A DNA stretch of 64,000 bases from a bacterium (GTDB lineage Bacteria; Patescibacteriota; Patescibacteriia; SBBB01): the NCBI GenBank assembly GCA_005239895.1, contig SBBB01000025.1:98170-162169 (forward strand), written 5' to 3'. Positions within the stretch are counted from its first letter, which is position 1. Each line of letters begins with the position of its first letter. The notes under the pieces are model-generated. The model saw nothing but the letters and a program-made list of their open reading frames with translations. It was not told the origin of the DNA and searched no databases. Positions 8,694 through 18,213 of the stretch are shown one piece after another. The position numbers and the translations under genes are program-made.

Positions 8694-9926
8694 CTACGAT
8701 TTTAATTTGTTAAATAATTTTTTAAAAGATTCGCCAATATTGATGTCAAAAATACTAGTAGTGTCGGATTTATTTAGTTTTAATAAATAATCAGCCCAAG
8801 ACATCAATCCAATAGCTGTCGTGGTTGAAATATCCAAAGAAGAATTAGCAAGAATGCCTGGATTTAAATAATTAACATTAATACTAGAAGATAACTTTAG
8901 TTTACTTTTAGCAAATTCAGTCAATCCACTCAATTTTGAACCGCCGCCCATAAAAATAATACCAGACGGAAGAGCCCCGGATTTATTTATTTTCCTTAAC
9001 TCTTTATCAATGTTGGCTAAAATTTCTTCAACTCTCGCCTCAATAATTTCTATCACATAACGTTTAGAAATTTTTTCCGTATCCAGCCCAAATAAACTTA
9101 AATTAATTTCTTCTTTTTTGTGTATATCTTTGCTTACGCAAGAGCCGTATTCTATTTTAATGCGTTCTGCAATATCAACTGAAACCCTTAAACCAATCGC
9201 AATATCACAAGTAATATGCTCAGAACCAATGGGTATAACAACTGTATGAATCACATTCCCCTCTTCTAAAACAATCAAACTGGTTGTAACACTTCCAATA
9301 TTTACTAAAGCCACTCCCAATTCTTTTTGTCTGGCCGTAAGAATATTTTCAGATACAGCCAAGGGTGAAAAAACTAAATCTAATATAGTTAAACCAGCTC
9401 TCTGTAAACATTTATTAACATTTTTAACGTGTATGGATGGTATTTGAATAACCTCGGCCTCAACTTCTAGTCTTAACCCAGTCATTCCCAAAGGATCTTT
9501 AATATTGGTTTGTTCGTCTACGGTAAAAACATGCGGCAAAATATGTAAAATTTCATAATTAGCCGGAGTGGCAATCATACGCGCTGCTTCTAAGGCTCGC
9601 GCTACATCGTCTTCTTGAATCTCACCATTGGTTTTAGCTACAGCTACAATACCCTTGCTAATTTGAGATCTAATATAAAACCCCGACACCCCAACTACAA
9701 CCTCTTTAATTGTCATTCCCGTAAGTCGTCTAGCCTGATCTAAACATTCGAGGAGACTCTTAACCACATCGTCAATACTAGTGATGTTTCCCTTATAAAT
9801 TCCAGATGACATTCGCTCAATAACCCCGATTAATTGAGTATTTTTATTTTTAAACGCCTTGCCTAAAGCCAAACGAACATTGTTTGATCCAATATCTAAC
9901 CCTGCGATAATATTTCCTTCAGCCAT
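8694..9926 (-). CDS. ftsA: Actin-like ATPase of the FtsA/PilM family (most likely cell division protein FtsA)
   Basis: IAGLDIGSNNVRLALGK phosphate-1 motif, 410 aa, sugar-kinase/actin fold pattern. No ftsZ is adjacent, so PilM cannot be excluded. Confidence 0.65.
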   Translation of the reverse strand: MAEGNIIAGLDIGSNNVRLALGKAFKNKNTQLIGVIERMSSGIYKGNITSIDDVVKSLLECLDQARRLTGMTIKEVVVGVSGFYIRSQISKGIVAVAKTNGEIQEDDVARALEAARMIATPANYEILHILPHVFTVDEQTNIKDPLGMTGLRLEVEAEVIQIPSIHVKNVNKCLQRAGLTILDLVFSPLAVSENILTARQKELGVALVNIGSVTTSLIVLEEGNVIHTVVIPIGSEHITCDIAIGLRVSVDIAERIKIEYGSCVSKDIHKKEEINLSLFGLDTEKISKRYVIEIIEARVEEILANIDKELRKINKSGALPSGIIFMGGGSKLSGLTEFAKSKLKLSSSINVNYLNPGILANSSLDISTTTAIGLMSWADYLLKLNKSDTTSIFDINIGESFKKLFNKLKS

Positions 9927-9960
9927 ATAAATATTGTTTTATATAAATTTTTTAGATTAA

Positions 9961-10362
9961 CTATTTAATTAACAATTGATTAGCTTGTTTATCCATTTCT
10001 TCCCGATCTTTATTGGTTTTATGATCATAGCCCAGAATATGCAACATGCCATGCACGAATAAAAATTCAATTTCAGCTTGAGTTGAATGATGATATAAAA
10101 TGGCTTGTCTCTTAGATTGTTGATAGTCTATAAAAATTTCTCCTAAATTATATTCCGGATATCCAAAACTTAAAACATCGGTAACCTTATCTTTTTTATT
10201 ATACAACATATTTAATTTTTTAATCAATCTATCGTTTGTTATTACGAGTACTAATTCTGAAAAACAAGAATCAAACTTAGCATCTATTTTTTTAACCAAT
10301 GTTTTTAGTCGCGCTAATTTTACTATATATTTAGTATCATTATGATACTCAAATTTTATCAT
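9961..10362 (-). CDS. ybeY: Endoribonuclease YbeY (rRNA maturation factor)
   Basis: HGMLHILGYDH zinc-binding H3xH5xH motif, 133 aa. Confidence 0.85.
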   Translation of the reverse strand: MIKFEYHNDTKYIVKLARLKTLVKKIDAKFDSCFSELVLVITNDRLIKKLNMLYNKKDKVTDVLSFGYPEYNLGEIFIDYQQSKRQAILYHHSTQAEIEFLFVHGMLHILGYDHKTNKDREEMDKQANQLLIK

Positions 10363-11384
10363 TGTATAAACTTAATACTATTTAACATCATTAAATAGGT
10401 TGAATAAAAATTAAACTCTTTTTTAGGATCAAAATTATATGTAAATTCATAAACTTTTAATAGGTCTGGGGATGAAAAATATACTTGAAAACCATCCTCA
10501 GAAACAAGACCACTCAAAACCTTATTATTCCAGGGGCGCATAACCGCAGATTTGTCGGACTGCGAATTATACCAATCTTGAAGTGGCAATTTTTTAGAAT
10601 TTTCTTGTGTAGATATTTTTACATTTTCTCCTTGTTCGGATGTAAATTGCGTAATAGTGCCATTTAAATCTTCTTGGTTAGTAGTCCAATTAGCTGGATA
10701 ATACAAAGTATAATTATGAGCTAGATTCTTATAAACCTTAATTGTAGTAGTATCCTTTAAAAGAGCGCTGGGACCCTGAGTAATGCTATATAAGTTTTGT
10801 ATTTCTAATCCGTCTAAATAACCGTCATTATCAGTATCAGTAAGATTAATGTTACCACCGTATAATTGTTCTTCAATATTTGTTAAATTATCTTTATCTG
10901 AATCTTGTCCGGGTATATTTTTTGGAACAGGTGTTTCAGTGGTGCTAGTAGGCGCAGTTGAGGTTGGGGTGGGGCTTGCCACGTCGGATGACGTGGTGGA
11001 TGTAGGTGTAGGTGTAGGTACCGGAGTTGGGGTGGGGCGTACCACGTCGGATGACGGAGTTGGTGTAATAACTGGTTGAGATAACGTTGGGATTATGTCA
11101 GATTGCGTAGAAGTTGGTGTGCTGGTAGCATTTATATTTATATTTGTAGTTGTAGTTGTAGTTTTAGAAACTGGATTTATTTGAATAATATAATAAACAA
11201 CTGCGGCTATAATTAAAAAACCAATAATCAAAAAAAACTTTTTAGATGAACCACTTGATGATTGCGAAGTTGGTTTTAAATGATCTTTGGGCATGGTGTA
11301 GATCGTCAACGGCATTTCATCCGATAACGATGCGTCACTAGAAGCGCTTGAACTTATAATTAAAGGTTTAGTTTCCTCCTCCAT
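10359..11384 (-). CDS. Membrane-anchored surface protein with a Pro/Thr-rich linker and a thrombospondin type-3-like Ca-binding repeat (DTDNDGYLDGLE)
   Basis: N-terminal TM (FFLIIGFLIIAAVVYYII), PTPTPVPTPTPTST low-complexity region, DxDxDGxxDxxE repeat. Paralogous to the next gene. Confidence 0.6.
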   Translation of the reverse strand: MEEETKPLIISSSASSDASLSDEMPLTIYTMPKDHLKPTSQSSSGSSKKFFLIIGFLIIAAVVYYIIQINPVSKTTTTTTNININATSTPTSTQSDIIPTLSQPVITPTPSSDVVRPTPTPVPTPTPTSTTSSDVASPTPTSTAPTSTTETPVPKNIPGQDSDKDNLTNIEEQLYGGNINLTDTDNDGYLDGLEIQNLYSITQGPSALLKDTTTIKVYKNLAHNYTLYYPANWTTNQEDLNGTITQFTSEQGENVKISTQENSKKLPLQDWYNSQSDKSAVMRPWNNKVLSGLVSEDGFQVYFSSPDLLKVYEFTYNFDPKKEFNFYSTYLMMLNSIKFIQ

Positions 11385-11393
11385 ATTATTATA

Positions 11394-12140
11394 TTATTGC
11401 TGACCACCACCTGGTAAAATAAGTAACTTTCCAGGTCCATTTGGATTATATCCACTCTTGACTTCCGCCCCATCTAAATATCCATCATTATCTGTGTCTG
11501 ATAATAAGGGATTAGTGCGATATACTTTAATTTCAGCCTGATCAAATAATCCATCATTGTCAGTGTCAACTGATAAGGGATTAGTATCTAAGGCTTTTTC
11601 TTCAATGTCAGTCAAACCATCTTGATCACTATCAATAACAACTGGAATAATTGGCTCTATGTTAACTTGAATATTAGGGGCTGAAGAAGTCTCAGCTCCG
11701 GGGATTGGGATAGGGGTTGTAACCGGGGTTGTTGTGTTTACTAAATTATTACTGTCAGTTGTGTTGATTGGCTCGACAGGATTAGAATCCGTGGGCGGAG
11801 TTAAGACTGGTGCTGGTATTGCTGGTGTAGGTGTCGTAGATATTGTAGATGTAGATGTTGTGCCTGGTTTTGAAACTTCTGAGGTGGTAGGCGCTTTTTG
11901 TTTATATATATAAATACCACCCAATAACAAAACAATCAATATTATCACAAAAATACTCCAAATTATCCTGTGTATATTGGATGTTATGACGGGTTGAGGT
12001 GTTGGAATGCTGCTAGGGGGAATTGCCCCAGTAACATCCACCTGGTTATTTACCTTGTCAACTTCCTGAAAAATATCCTCAACTTTATTTAAATTATTTT
12101 GATTCGGCGTATTTGAAGTAATAGAAGTTAAATCGGGCAT
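11394..12140 (-). CDS. Membrane-anchored surface protein with a Pro/Thr-rich linker and three TSP type-3-like repeats
   Basis: DSDQDGLTDIEE, DTDNDGLFDQAE and DTDNDGYLDGAE repeats; one TM; PT-rich spacer. Confidence 0.6.
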   Translation of the reverse strand: MPDLTSITSNTPNQNNLNKVEDIFQEVDKVNNQVDVTGAIPPSSIPTPQPVITSNIHRIIWSIFVIILIVLLLGGIYIYKQKAPTTSEVSKPGTTSTSTISTTPTPAIPAPVLTPPTDSNPVEPINTTDSNNLVNTTTPVTTPIPIPGAETSSAPNIQVNIEPIIPVVIDSDQDGLTDIEEKALDTNPLSVDTDNDGLFDQAEIKVYRTNPLLSDTDNDGYLDGAEVKSGYNPNGPGKLLILPGGGQQ

Positions 12141-12185
12141 AAATAATATTTTAATAAATCAAATTACTAATAAATGATAATGGTT

Positions 12186-13643
12186 TTATTTACTATCATG
12201 CTGTGTTTCATAATGCGATCCGATTTCAAATAAAATAGTCTCACCAAACTGAGGGCCTATAAGTTGCAAACCAACGGGTAATTTTTTATTATCAACATCT
12301 ATAAAACCACACGGCATAGACATAGCTGGCAAACCAACAATATTTACAGCAACTGTAAAAATATCAGACAAATACATTGTCAAAGGATCATTTATTTTTT
12401 CTCCAATTTTAAAAGCTACGGTTGGACAAGTTGGAGTTAAAATACAATCCACAGTTTCAAATGCTTTATCAAAATCTTGCTTTAACAAGCTTCTAACTTT
12501 CTGAGCTTTTAAATAAAACGCGTCGTAATAACCAGCTGATAATATATAAGTTCCTAACATTATTCTGCGTTTTACTTCTGACCCCAAACCAATTTCACGC
12601 GACTGACAATATATATCATTAAAGCCTAAAGATTTACCATTAGCATCTGATCGTTTGGAATAACCATATCTTATTCCATCATACCTCGACATATTCGCGC
12701 TAACTTCAGCAGCTACAATAATATAATAAACTGCTAACGCATATTCAGTGTGCGGTAAATTAATTTTTTTTATATTATAACCTAATTTTTCAAATTCTTG
12801 AATAGCGTTACGAATTGTTTTATCCACAGTTGGATCCATACCATCTATAAAATACTCTTTAGGAATTCCAATTGTTAATTTGTTTTTTTTATTAACCGCA
12901 TTTAATCTTTCCGGAAAATCTAAACTGGTAGAATCGTGAGAATCTTTCCCCTTAATCGCTTGAAATATAATTTTAGAATCAGATACGGTTTTTGAAAATG
13001 GTCCAATTTGATCCAAAGAAGAACCCATGGCTATTAAACCATGTCGTGACACTGTTCCGTAAGTTGGTTTTAATCCAACTACTCCGCAAAATGCAGCGGG
13101 TTGCCTAATAGAGCCGCCTGTGTCTGACCCTAGAGCATATAAACACATATTACTACTCAAAGCCGCAGCTGACCCGCCCGAAGAACCACCCGGCACTCTT
13201 TCTAAGTCATGAGGATTATAAGTTTTTTGAAAAGAGGAATTTTCAGTTGAACCGCCCATAGCGAATTCATCCATGTTAGTTTTTCCCATCATTACATACC
13301 CTTCTTGTTTTAATTTAGTAATAACTGTAGCATCATAACTAGCAATATAATTTTCTAAAATTTGCGAGGCTGCGGTTGTTACGATTCCCTGCACCAAAAT
13401 ATTATCCTTAATTACAACTGGTATACCAGCTAATAAACCTATATTTTCATTAGCTTTAATTTTTTTATCAATCTCTTTGGCAGCAGCTTCGCCACTTTCG
13501 TAGGTTTTTAATAAAAAAGCATTAATTTTACTATTTGCATCTTCAATTTTTTTACGACAAGCTTCAAACAATTCTAGAGCTGAAAATTTCTTTTCTATTA
13601 AACCCTGATGAGCTTGCTTAATATTTAATTCATTTAATAACAT
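12186..13643 (-). CDS. gatA: Glutamyl-tRNA(Gln) amidotransferase subunit A
   Basis: Amidase signature GGSSGGSAAAL, 485 aa, GatA-like throughout. Confidence 0.9.
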   Translation of the reverse strand: MLLNELNIKQAHQGLIEKKFSALELFEACRKKIEDANSKINAFLLKTYESGEAAAKEIDKKIKANENIGLLAGIPVVIKDNILVQGIVTTAASQILENYIASYDATVITKLKQEGYVMMGKTNMDEFAMGGSTENSSFQKTYNPHDLERVPGGSSGGSAAALSSNMCLYALGSDTGGSIRQPAAFCGVVGLKPTYGTVSRHGLIAMGSSLDQIGPFSKTVSDSKIIFQAIKGKDSHDSTSLDFPERLNAVNKKNKLTIGIPKEYFIDGMDPTVDKTIRNAIQEFEKLGYNIKKINLPHTEYALAVYYIIVAAEVSANMSRYDGIRYGYSKRSDANGKSLGFNDIYCQSREIGLGSEVKRRIMLGTYILSAGYYDAFYLKAQKVRSLLKQDFDKAFETVDCILTPTCPTVAFKIGEKINDPLTMYLSDIFTVAVNIVGLPAMSMPCGFIDVDNKKLPVGLQLIGPQFGETILFEIGSHYETQHDSK

Positions 13644-13651
13644 AGTTAATG

Positions 13652-13732
13652 TTAGCTTCTTAGCTTTTTAGCTTCTTAGCTTTTTAGCTTTTTAGCTTTT
13701 TAGCTTGTAGCTTATTAGATTTTTAAATTTTA
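13652..13732. repeat. Tandem array (TAGCTTYTT)n of about 9 units
   Basis: ttagcttct tagcttttt agcttct tagcttttt agcttttt agcttttt... read directly. It is the inverted partner of the array at 14603-14665. Confidence 0.7.
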
Positions 13733-13752
13733 ATTCAATAAACTTTATAATT

Positions 13753-14307
13753 TTATAAACTGTCTACTTTCTTGACGTGTGACTGAATATAAGCGTGCAC
13801 TAGCGCGCTAATTTTATTTGAAATAATTTGGGGATCTGCAACTTGCTCAAAAACAAAACGGTTTTTTTCAGCCGCGGTTTGAATATACACATTACCGTAA
13901 TTAAATATCGTTGGCAAAATGCCGTTTATTTCTATGGTTACATCTTGAACATTACGAAAAGATAGCTCAGATGTCACCCTAGAAAAAACACCGTTTTGTT
14001 CCGTGTTTACTATACGTTCATTAGTAATAATCCAAACATCTAAGTAATAATCTATGAAAGCATGATATGCAAATAAACACACATAAATATAATACAAGCT
14101 AATTAAAAAAGCAACCAAGGCATACACCTCATCCGAAATATTATCTATAAAAATATTAAAATATATAGCTAGGCCATATAGAGCCACTGGTCCGATTGCT
14201 AATAATATCCAAAAGGAAATATATCCCAAAAATATAAGCCAATGGCGACGAACAAGCAATATAATTTCTTCATTGGGATTTTTGTGAGGAATATAATGTT
14301 TTATCAT
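13753..14307 (-). CDS. Membrane protein with a bacterial PH-like (DUF304/YdbS-like) domain
   Basis: EEIILLVRRHWLIFL followed by two TM helices and a beta-rich tail, typical of the bPH_2 family. Confidence 0.5.
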   Translation of the reverse strand: MIKHYIPHKNPNEEIILLVRRHWLIFLGYISFWILLAIGPVALYGLAIYFNIFIDNISDEVYALVAFLISLYYIYVCLFAYHAFIDYYLDVWIITNERIVNTEQNGVFSRVTSELSFRNVQDVTIEINGILPTIFNYGNVYIQTAAEKNRFVFEQVADPQIISNKISALVHAYIQSHVKKVDSL

Positions 14308-14338
14308 ATGCCAAAGTTAAAAATTATAAAGCAGAAAG

Positions 14339-14542
14339 TTATAAAGTTGAAAAATCGCTAAATTTTTGAAATGACTGTTGTAAAATTAGCACAGAAATAA
14401 ATATATAAACTATAGTTACCCATATGGCCACTGCGCTATATTTACTAAATCTCATTAATTGAAATATATTAAACAGACTTAATAAACCCCATATACCCAA
14501 TAATCCCAAATAAATAATATAACCCAATGTTACAATAGTCAT
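14339..14542 (-). CDS. Small two-TM membrane protein
   Basis: 67-aa hydrophobic ORF co-oriented with the PH-like gene inside the repeat-flanked segment. Confidence 0.4.
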   Translation of the reverse strand: MTIVTLGYIIYLGLLGIWGLLSLFNIFQLMRFSKYSAVAIWVTIVYIFISVLILQQSFQKFSDFSTL

Positions 14543-14602
14543 ATAAAGTTAAAAAGTCTAAAGCTTGTAAAGTTGTAGAGTTTATTGAATTAAAATTTAA
14601 AA

Positions 14603-14665
14603 ATCTAAGAAGCTACAAGCTAAAAAGCTAAGAAGCTAAAAAGCTAAGAAGCCAAGAAGCTATTT
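14603..14665. repeat. Tandem array (AAAAAGCTAAGAAGCTA)n, reverse complement of the array at 13652-13732
   Basis: About 90% identical to the reverse complement of 13652-13732, including the shared start AAAAATCTAA.AAGCTACAAGCTAAAAAGCTA. Confidence 0.7.
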
Positions 14666-14823
14666 AACACTATACCAGAAAGATAAAAAATATTAAAGTC
14701 ATTACTATACTCTTGACCCTATAAAAATTTTTATTACACAAAATTTGTGTTCTAAAATTATTCACCCCGCCAAGTCATTAAGTTACAGACTGGCGGGGAC
14801 AATTGTTTTGATTGATAATCGAC

Positions 14824-14852
14824 TTGATTAAATTCTCTTAATCTGCTATAGT
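14824..14852 (+). promoter_or_regulatory. Sigma70-like promoter (TTGATT-17 bp-TATAGT) for the gene at 14927
   Basis: Near-consensus -35 and -10 hexamers with a 17-nt spacer. A GC hairpin CCCCGCCAAG...CTGGCGGGG lies upstream at 14765-14798. Confidence 0.5.
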
Positions 14853-14926
14853 AGGAATACAAAGTAACAACAAAAATTGTTTAACAACAAGCAAGAAATG
14901 CCTAATCAAACGGCAGAAAGGATGTC

Positions 14927-15412
14927 ATGAAAAAAATAGCGCAGCAGTTAGTTTTTGTTTTGTTTTTTGCAATACAAGCAACCGTCTTTGCATCAATACC
15001 AGTAGACACAGAACAACAAATCGCAGAAGAAGCGCCACCTGAAACAATATCTTGCAAGGAACAAGAATGTATTTTTGTAGGCGCTGAAATTGTCGGAAAG
15101 GGAGTTGTAAGTTTTAACTGGCACACCGGAAAACTATACGGTAGTTTTGAATGCAAATGGACAAAATGCTTTGTACCATTACTTCCAGGTACCACTCTAA
15201 CTCTTACAGCTATTCCATCGAATGCCCAATACTTTTTTGACGGGTGGTCACGTGATGGTTGCAAATTAAATGATCTTAATCAGTGTGTCATTACCATCAT
15301 TTTACAGTCTGGAGATAAAGATCAAGAAATCACGGCTCGCTTCATGCTAAGAAATCTTAATGAAGAACCTTCAAATGAGCCACCTCCACCCTACCCTACA
15401 GAAACGCCATAA
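14927..15412 (+). CDS. Secreted Cys-rich protein (signal peptide, Pro-rich C-terminus)
   Basis: N-terminal signal-like segment VFVLFFAIQATVFAS, 7 Cys, C-terminal EPPPPYPTETP. Confidence 0.55.
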   Translation: MKKIAQQLVFVLFFAIQATVFASIPVDTEQQIAEEAPPETISCKEQECIFVGAEIVGKGVVSFNWHTGKLYGSFECKWTKCFVPLLPGTTLTLTAIPSNAQYFFDGWSRDGCKLNDLNQCVITIILQSGDKDQEITARFMLRNLNEEPSNEPPPPYPTETP

Positions 15413-15724
15413 TGCAAACATCCGCGCGTTAATATTAATCTTGGTGGCGGAAGAAACATAATTTCGCCACCCAGATCACAAAACTTTTAAATATTACAAA
15501 ACTTTTTAGACAATAATAATCCTAATGTTTAGACAAAAATAACACGGACAACAATAATCGCAATTTTTAAACAACAATAGTCGCAAAATTATTTTTAAAA
15601 AACAAAATTACCGTGACAACCTATCACGATCGAGATGAAGTGTCACGCTTATAATACTATAACAAAAAATATGATATACCAATATCATATAATATAAATA
15701 CAAGTTAAATATTGATAAGTATTT

Positions 15725-15799
15725 TGGAGCCAATGGCCGGGATTGAACCGGCGACCTACTCCTTACCATGGAGTTGCTCTGCCACTGAGCTACATTGGC
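15725..15799 (-). tRNA. tRNA-Thr (anticodon GGT), CCA encoded
   Basis: Reverse complement GCCAATGTAGCTCAGTGGCAGAGCAACTCCATGGTAAGGAGTAGG..GGTTCAATCCCGGCCATTGGCTCCA. Cloverleaf with anticodon loop ATGGTAA. Confidence 0.85.
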
Positions 15800-15874
15800 G
15801 TATTAATATGCTAATATAATATAACTATTTAAACCTTCATAGTATAACTATTTAAATAACAACTGTCAAAAATC

Positions 15875-15899
15875 TACTTGGAAGTCCGACTTCCAAGTA
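15875..15899. repeat. REP-like hairpin TACTTGGAAGTCCGACTTCCAAGTA
   Basis: Perfect 10-bp arms with a 5-nt loop, the same family as 33065-33099 and 33520-33544. A GTAG motif is present on the minus strand. Confidence 0.55.
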
Positions 15900-16259
15900 A
15901 CTTCCAAAGTTCGTATATAACCATTGACCCAGCTGTAGATTTTACTTGATATTTATAGCTAAACAAACAAGCCGTAACAATCCTATCTAGAACAGATAAA
16001 ATTAATTTTTAAATCTACGGCGGGGTTGACACGCTAATTGACCTTATGGTACAATAAATAAATCATACCATAGATAATAGGCGCAGCAGTATTTAACAAT
16101 ACTGCCTTATAAGTCCTGTTGAGGTACAAATCTTATAATATTGAAGAAATTCACTACTATCTGTGGTATTCATTTATATTTGTTAGTCTAATAACCCTTA
16201 GGTCGATAATAGCTTAAAACAAATATAAATTACTACAGATTTTTTTATTTTCATTATTT

Positions 16260-16796
16260 ATGCCAAAAACTAAAGAACAGAAACAAACAATCATTGATAA
16301 TATTCAAAAAGTATTATCAGATGCCAAAAGCGTGGTATTGGTTTCTTTCGATAAAATCAAACTCCAAGAAATTGATAAAATACGCAAAGAATGTAGAGCG
16401 ATTAATGTAAATTATCAGGTTGTTAAAAAAAATCTTTTAAAGATTGCCATGAAAAACCTGGGTATAGATATGCCCCAAATAGATGATACTGCCACGGGTA
16501 TAGCCATAGCCACATCTTTAACTGATGAAGTTGGTCCAGCTAAAGTAACTCATAATTTTGCAAAAAACAACGCTTTACTAAAATTAATTAGCGGTGTATT
16601 AAAAAATAATGATGCCACCTCTCAAGTTTTAGATTTTAATGGTGTCACAGCCATGGCCAGCCTGCCAGGTAAGCAAGAATTACAGGGTATGGTTTGTGGA
16701 ACCTTAAAATCTTTGCTATACAGATTAACTGGGGCTCTAAATTATAATACACTTAAGTTAATAATGGTACTAAAATTAAAAAGTCAAAAAGAATAA
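16260..16796 (+). CDS. rplJ: 50S ribosomal protein L10
   Basis: L10-like sequence directly upstream of rplL. Confidence 0.9.
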   Translation: MPKTKEQKQTIIDNIQKVLSDAKSVVLVSFDKIKLQEIDKIRKECRAINVNYQVVKKNLLKIAMKNLGIDMPQIDDTATGIAIATSLTDEVGPAKVTHNFAKNNALLKLISGVLKNNDATSQVLDFNGVTAMASLPGKQELQGMVCGTLKSLLYRLTGALNYNTLKLIMVLKLKSQKE

Positions 16797-16826
16797 TAAT
16801 TTAATTTAATTATCTAATAATAAAAT

Positions 16827-17228
16827 ATGTCTACTAAAAATGAATCTAAATTTAAAGGACTGATTGATCAAATTGCAAGTATGTCGGTCTTGGAATTATC
16901 TGAATTCGTAAAGACTTTGGAAGAAATATTTGATATCAAGGGTATGCCCATGATGTCCGCTGGTCCAGCCGCAGCCCCTGCAGCCGGAGCTCCAGCCAAT
17001 GCCGCTGCTGAAGAAAAAAGTATCTTTAATGTAGAATTAGTAAGCGCCGGGGAAAAAAGAATTGATGTTATTAAATTGGTTCGCGATATAACTCAAAAAG
17101 GAATAGCGGATTGCAAGGCCTTAGTTGATTCTCTTCCTCAAATCATAAAATCTAGCGCTGGAAAAGAAGACGCTGAAAATATCAAAAAACAGTTTGAAGC
17201 TGTGGGAGCAAAAGTTAACCTTCAATAG
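16827..17228 (+). CDS. rplL: 50S ribosomal protein L7/L12
   Basis: N-terminal dimerisation helix, Ala/Pro-rich hinge (AAAPAAGAPANAAAEEK), and C-terminal domain KLVRDITQKGIADCKALVDS. Confidence 0.9.
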   Translation: MSTKNESKFKGLIDQIASMSVLELSEFVKTLEEIFDIKGMPMMSAGPAAAPAAGAPANAAAEEKSIFNVELVSAGEKRIDVIKLVRDITQKGIADCKALVDSLPQIIKSSAGKEDAENIKKQFEAVGAKVNLQ

Positions 17229-18192
17229 CTGCTTGACAAATTAATTGCTTATAACCTCTTAAAAATTCACTGGCGGTCATAATATTTCTGCCCTCTAATT
17301 GAACTGTGTGTAAAATTAAATATCCATCGGAACAGTTCACAACCAAACCAGTATTATCTAACAAACTAAAAACTGGTGAAAGTTGCGTAATTTGGTTTGA
17401 TGAAACTTGAGAAGTAGAAATGGCGCTAGCTTTAATAATTTTTAAGCGGCGTTTAAAAATTTGAGAACCATGGCCTGTATTTAGTAGTAATACTGAACCA
17501 GGCCATTTCTCATAAGCTCTAATTTGACGATCTAAAGAAATGACAGACTTTTTTAAATCTAAACTACTATCTGAAGATTTTAATAATTTTGTAAAAGTCG
17601 CCGCAGTGTGATCTTGCTCTTGGGGTTGTATTTGGCCTGTTAAAAATAATGGCAGGGTTTCAATCAATAAATCCGCACTCATATTTGACAAATCTTTTTC
17701 TAAATTTTCAATGGTGGTTGATGGTTTAATATTCATTGACTTTTGCGCCACAATAGCTCCATGATCCATTAAATCATCTACCAACATAATTGTTACTCCG
17801 GTTATAGTATCGCCATTTAAAATAGCAGACTGAATCGGCGAAGGACCTCTTAATTTTGGCAATAAGGATGGGTGTATGTTTAATACACCTTTGGGTATTT
17901 CTAATATAGAATTTGGTATTAAAGCTCCGTAAGCGCACACTACAATTAATTCCGGATCAAAGTTTTTAATAGTTTTAAATGCCAATGAATCTTTCAGAGA
18001 TTCAGGTTGATAAATATTTAAGTTATGTTTTTCTGAAAATATTTTTATAGGAGAACTGTTTGCAACCTGATGTCGACCAGCTGGTTTATCAGGACGCGCG
18101 ATAATTAGTCCAGGAATATAATTGTTCGCAATTAATTTATCTAAAATTGGTACTGCAAAATCAGAAGTAGCAATAAAAATAAATTTAACCAT
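17215..18192 (-). CDS. fmt: Methionyl-tRNA formyltransferase
   Basis: MVKFIFIATSDFAVPIL...NIHPSLLPKLRGPSPIQ formyltransferase motifs. Downstream of def. Confidence 0.9.
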   Translation of the reverse strand: MVKFIFIATSDFAVPILDKLIANNYIPGLIIARPDKPAGRHQVANSSPIKIFSEKHNLNIYQPESLKDSLAFKTIKNFDPELIVVCAYGALIPNSILEIPKGVLNIHPSLLPKLRGPSPIQSAILNGDTITGVTIMLVDDLMDHGAIVAQKSMNIKPSTTIENLEKDLSNMSADLLIETLPLFLTGQIQPQEQDHTAATFTKLLKSSDSSLDLKKSVISLDRQIRAYEKWPGSVLLLNTGHGSQIFKRRLKIIKASAISTSQVSSNQITQLSPVFSLLDNTGLVVNCSDGYLILHTVQLEGRNIMTASEFLRGYKQLICQAAIEG

Positions 18193-18213
18193 AAATATTG
18201 AAGTGTTTAATCA

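Noticed and set aside
10485-11079. + strand ORFs including a (VG)n-rich peptide
   Set aside because: Antisense of the Pro/Thr-rich linker of the surface protein (ACC/CCA codons read as GGT/TGG).
13652-14665. CRISPR array
   Set aside because: The repeat units are only 7-9 bp, tandem, and have no interspersed unique spacers. No cas genes are in the window.
14902-15264. - strand ORF (120 aa)
   Set aside because: Antisense to the secreted Cys-rich protein gene, which has a promoter, an SD and a signal peptide.
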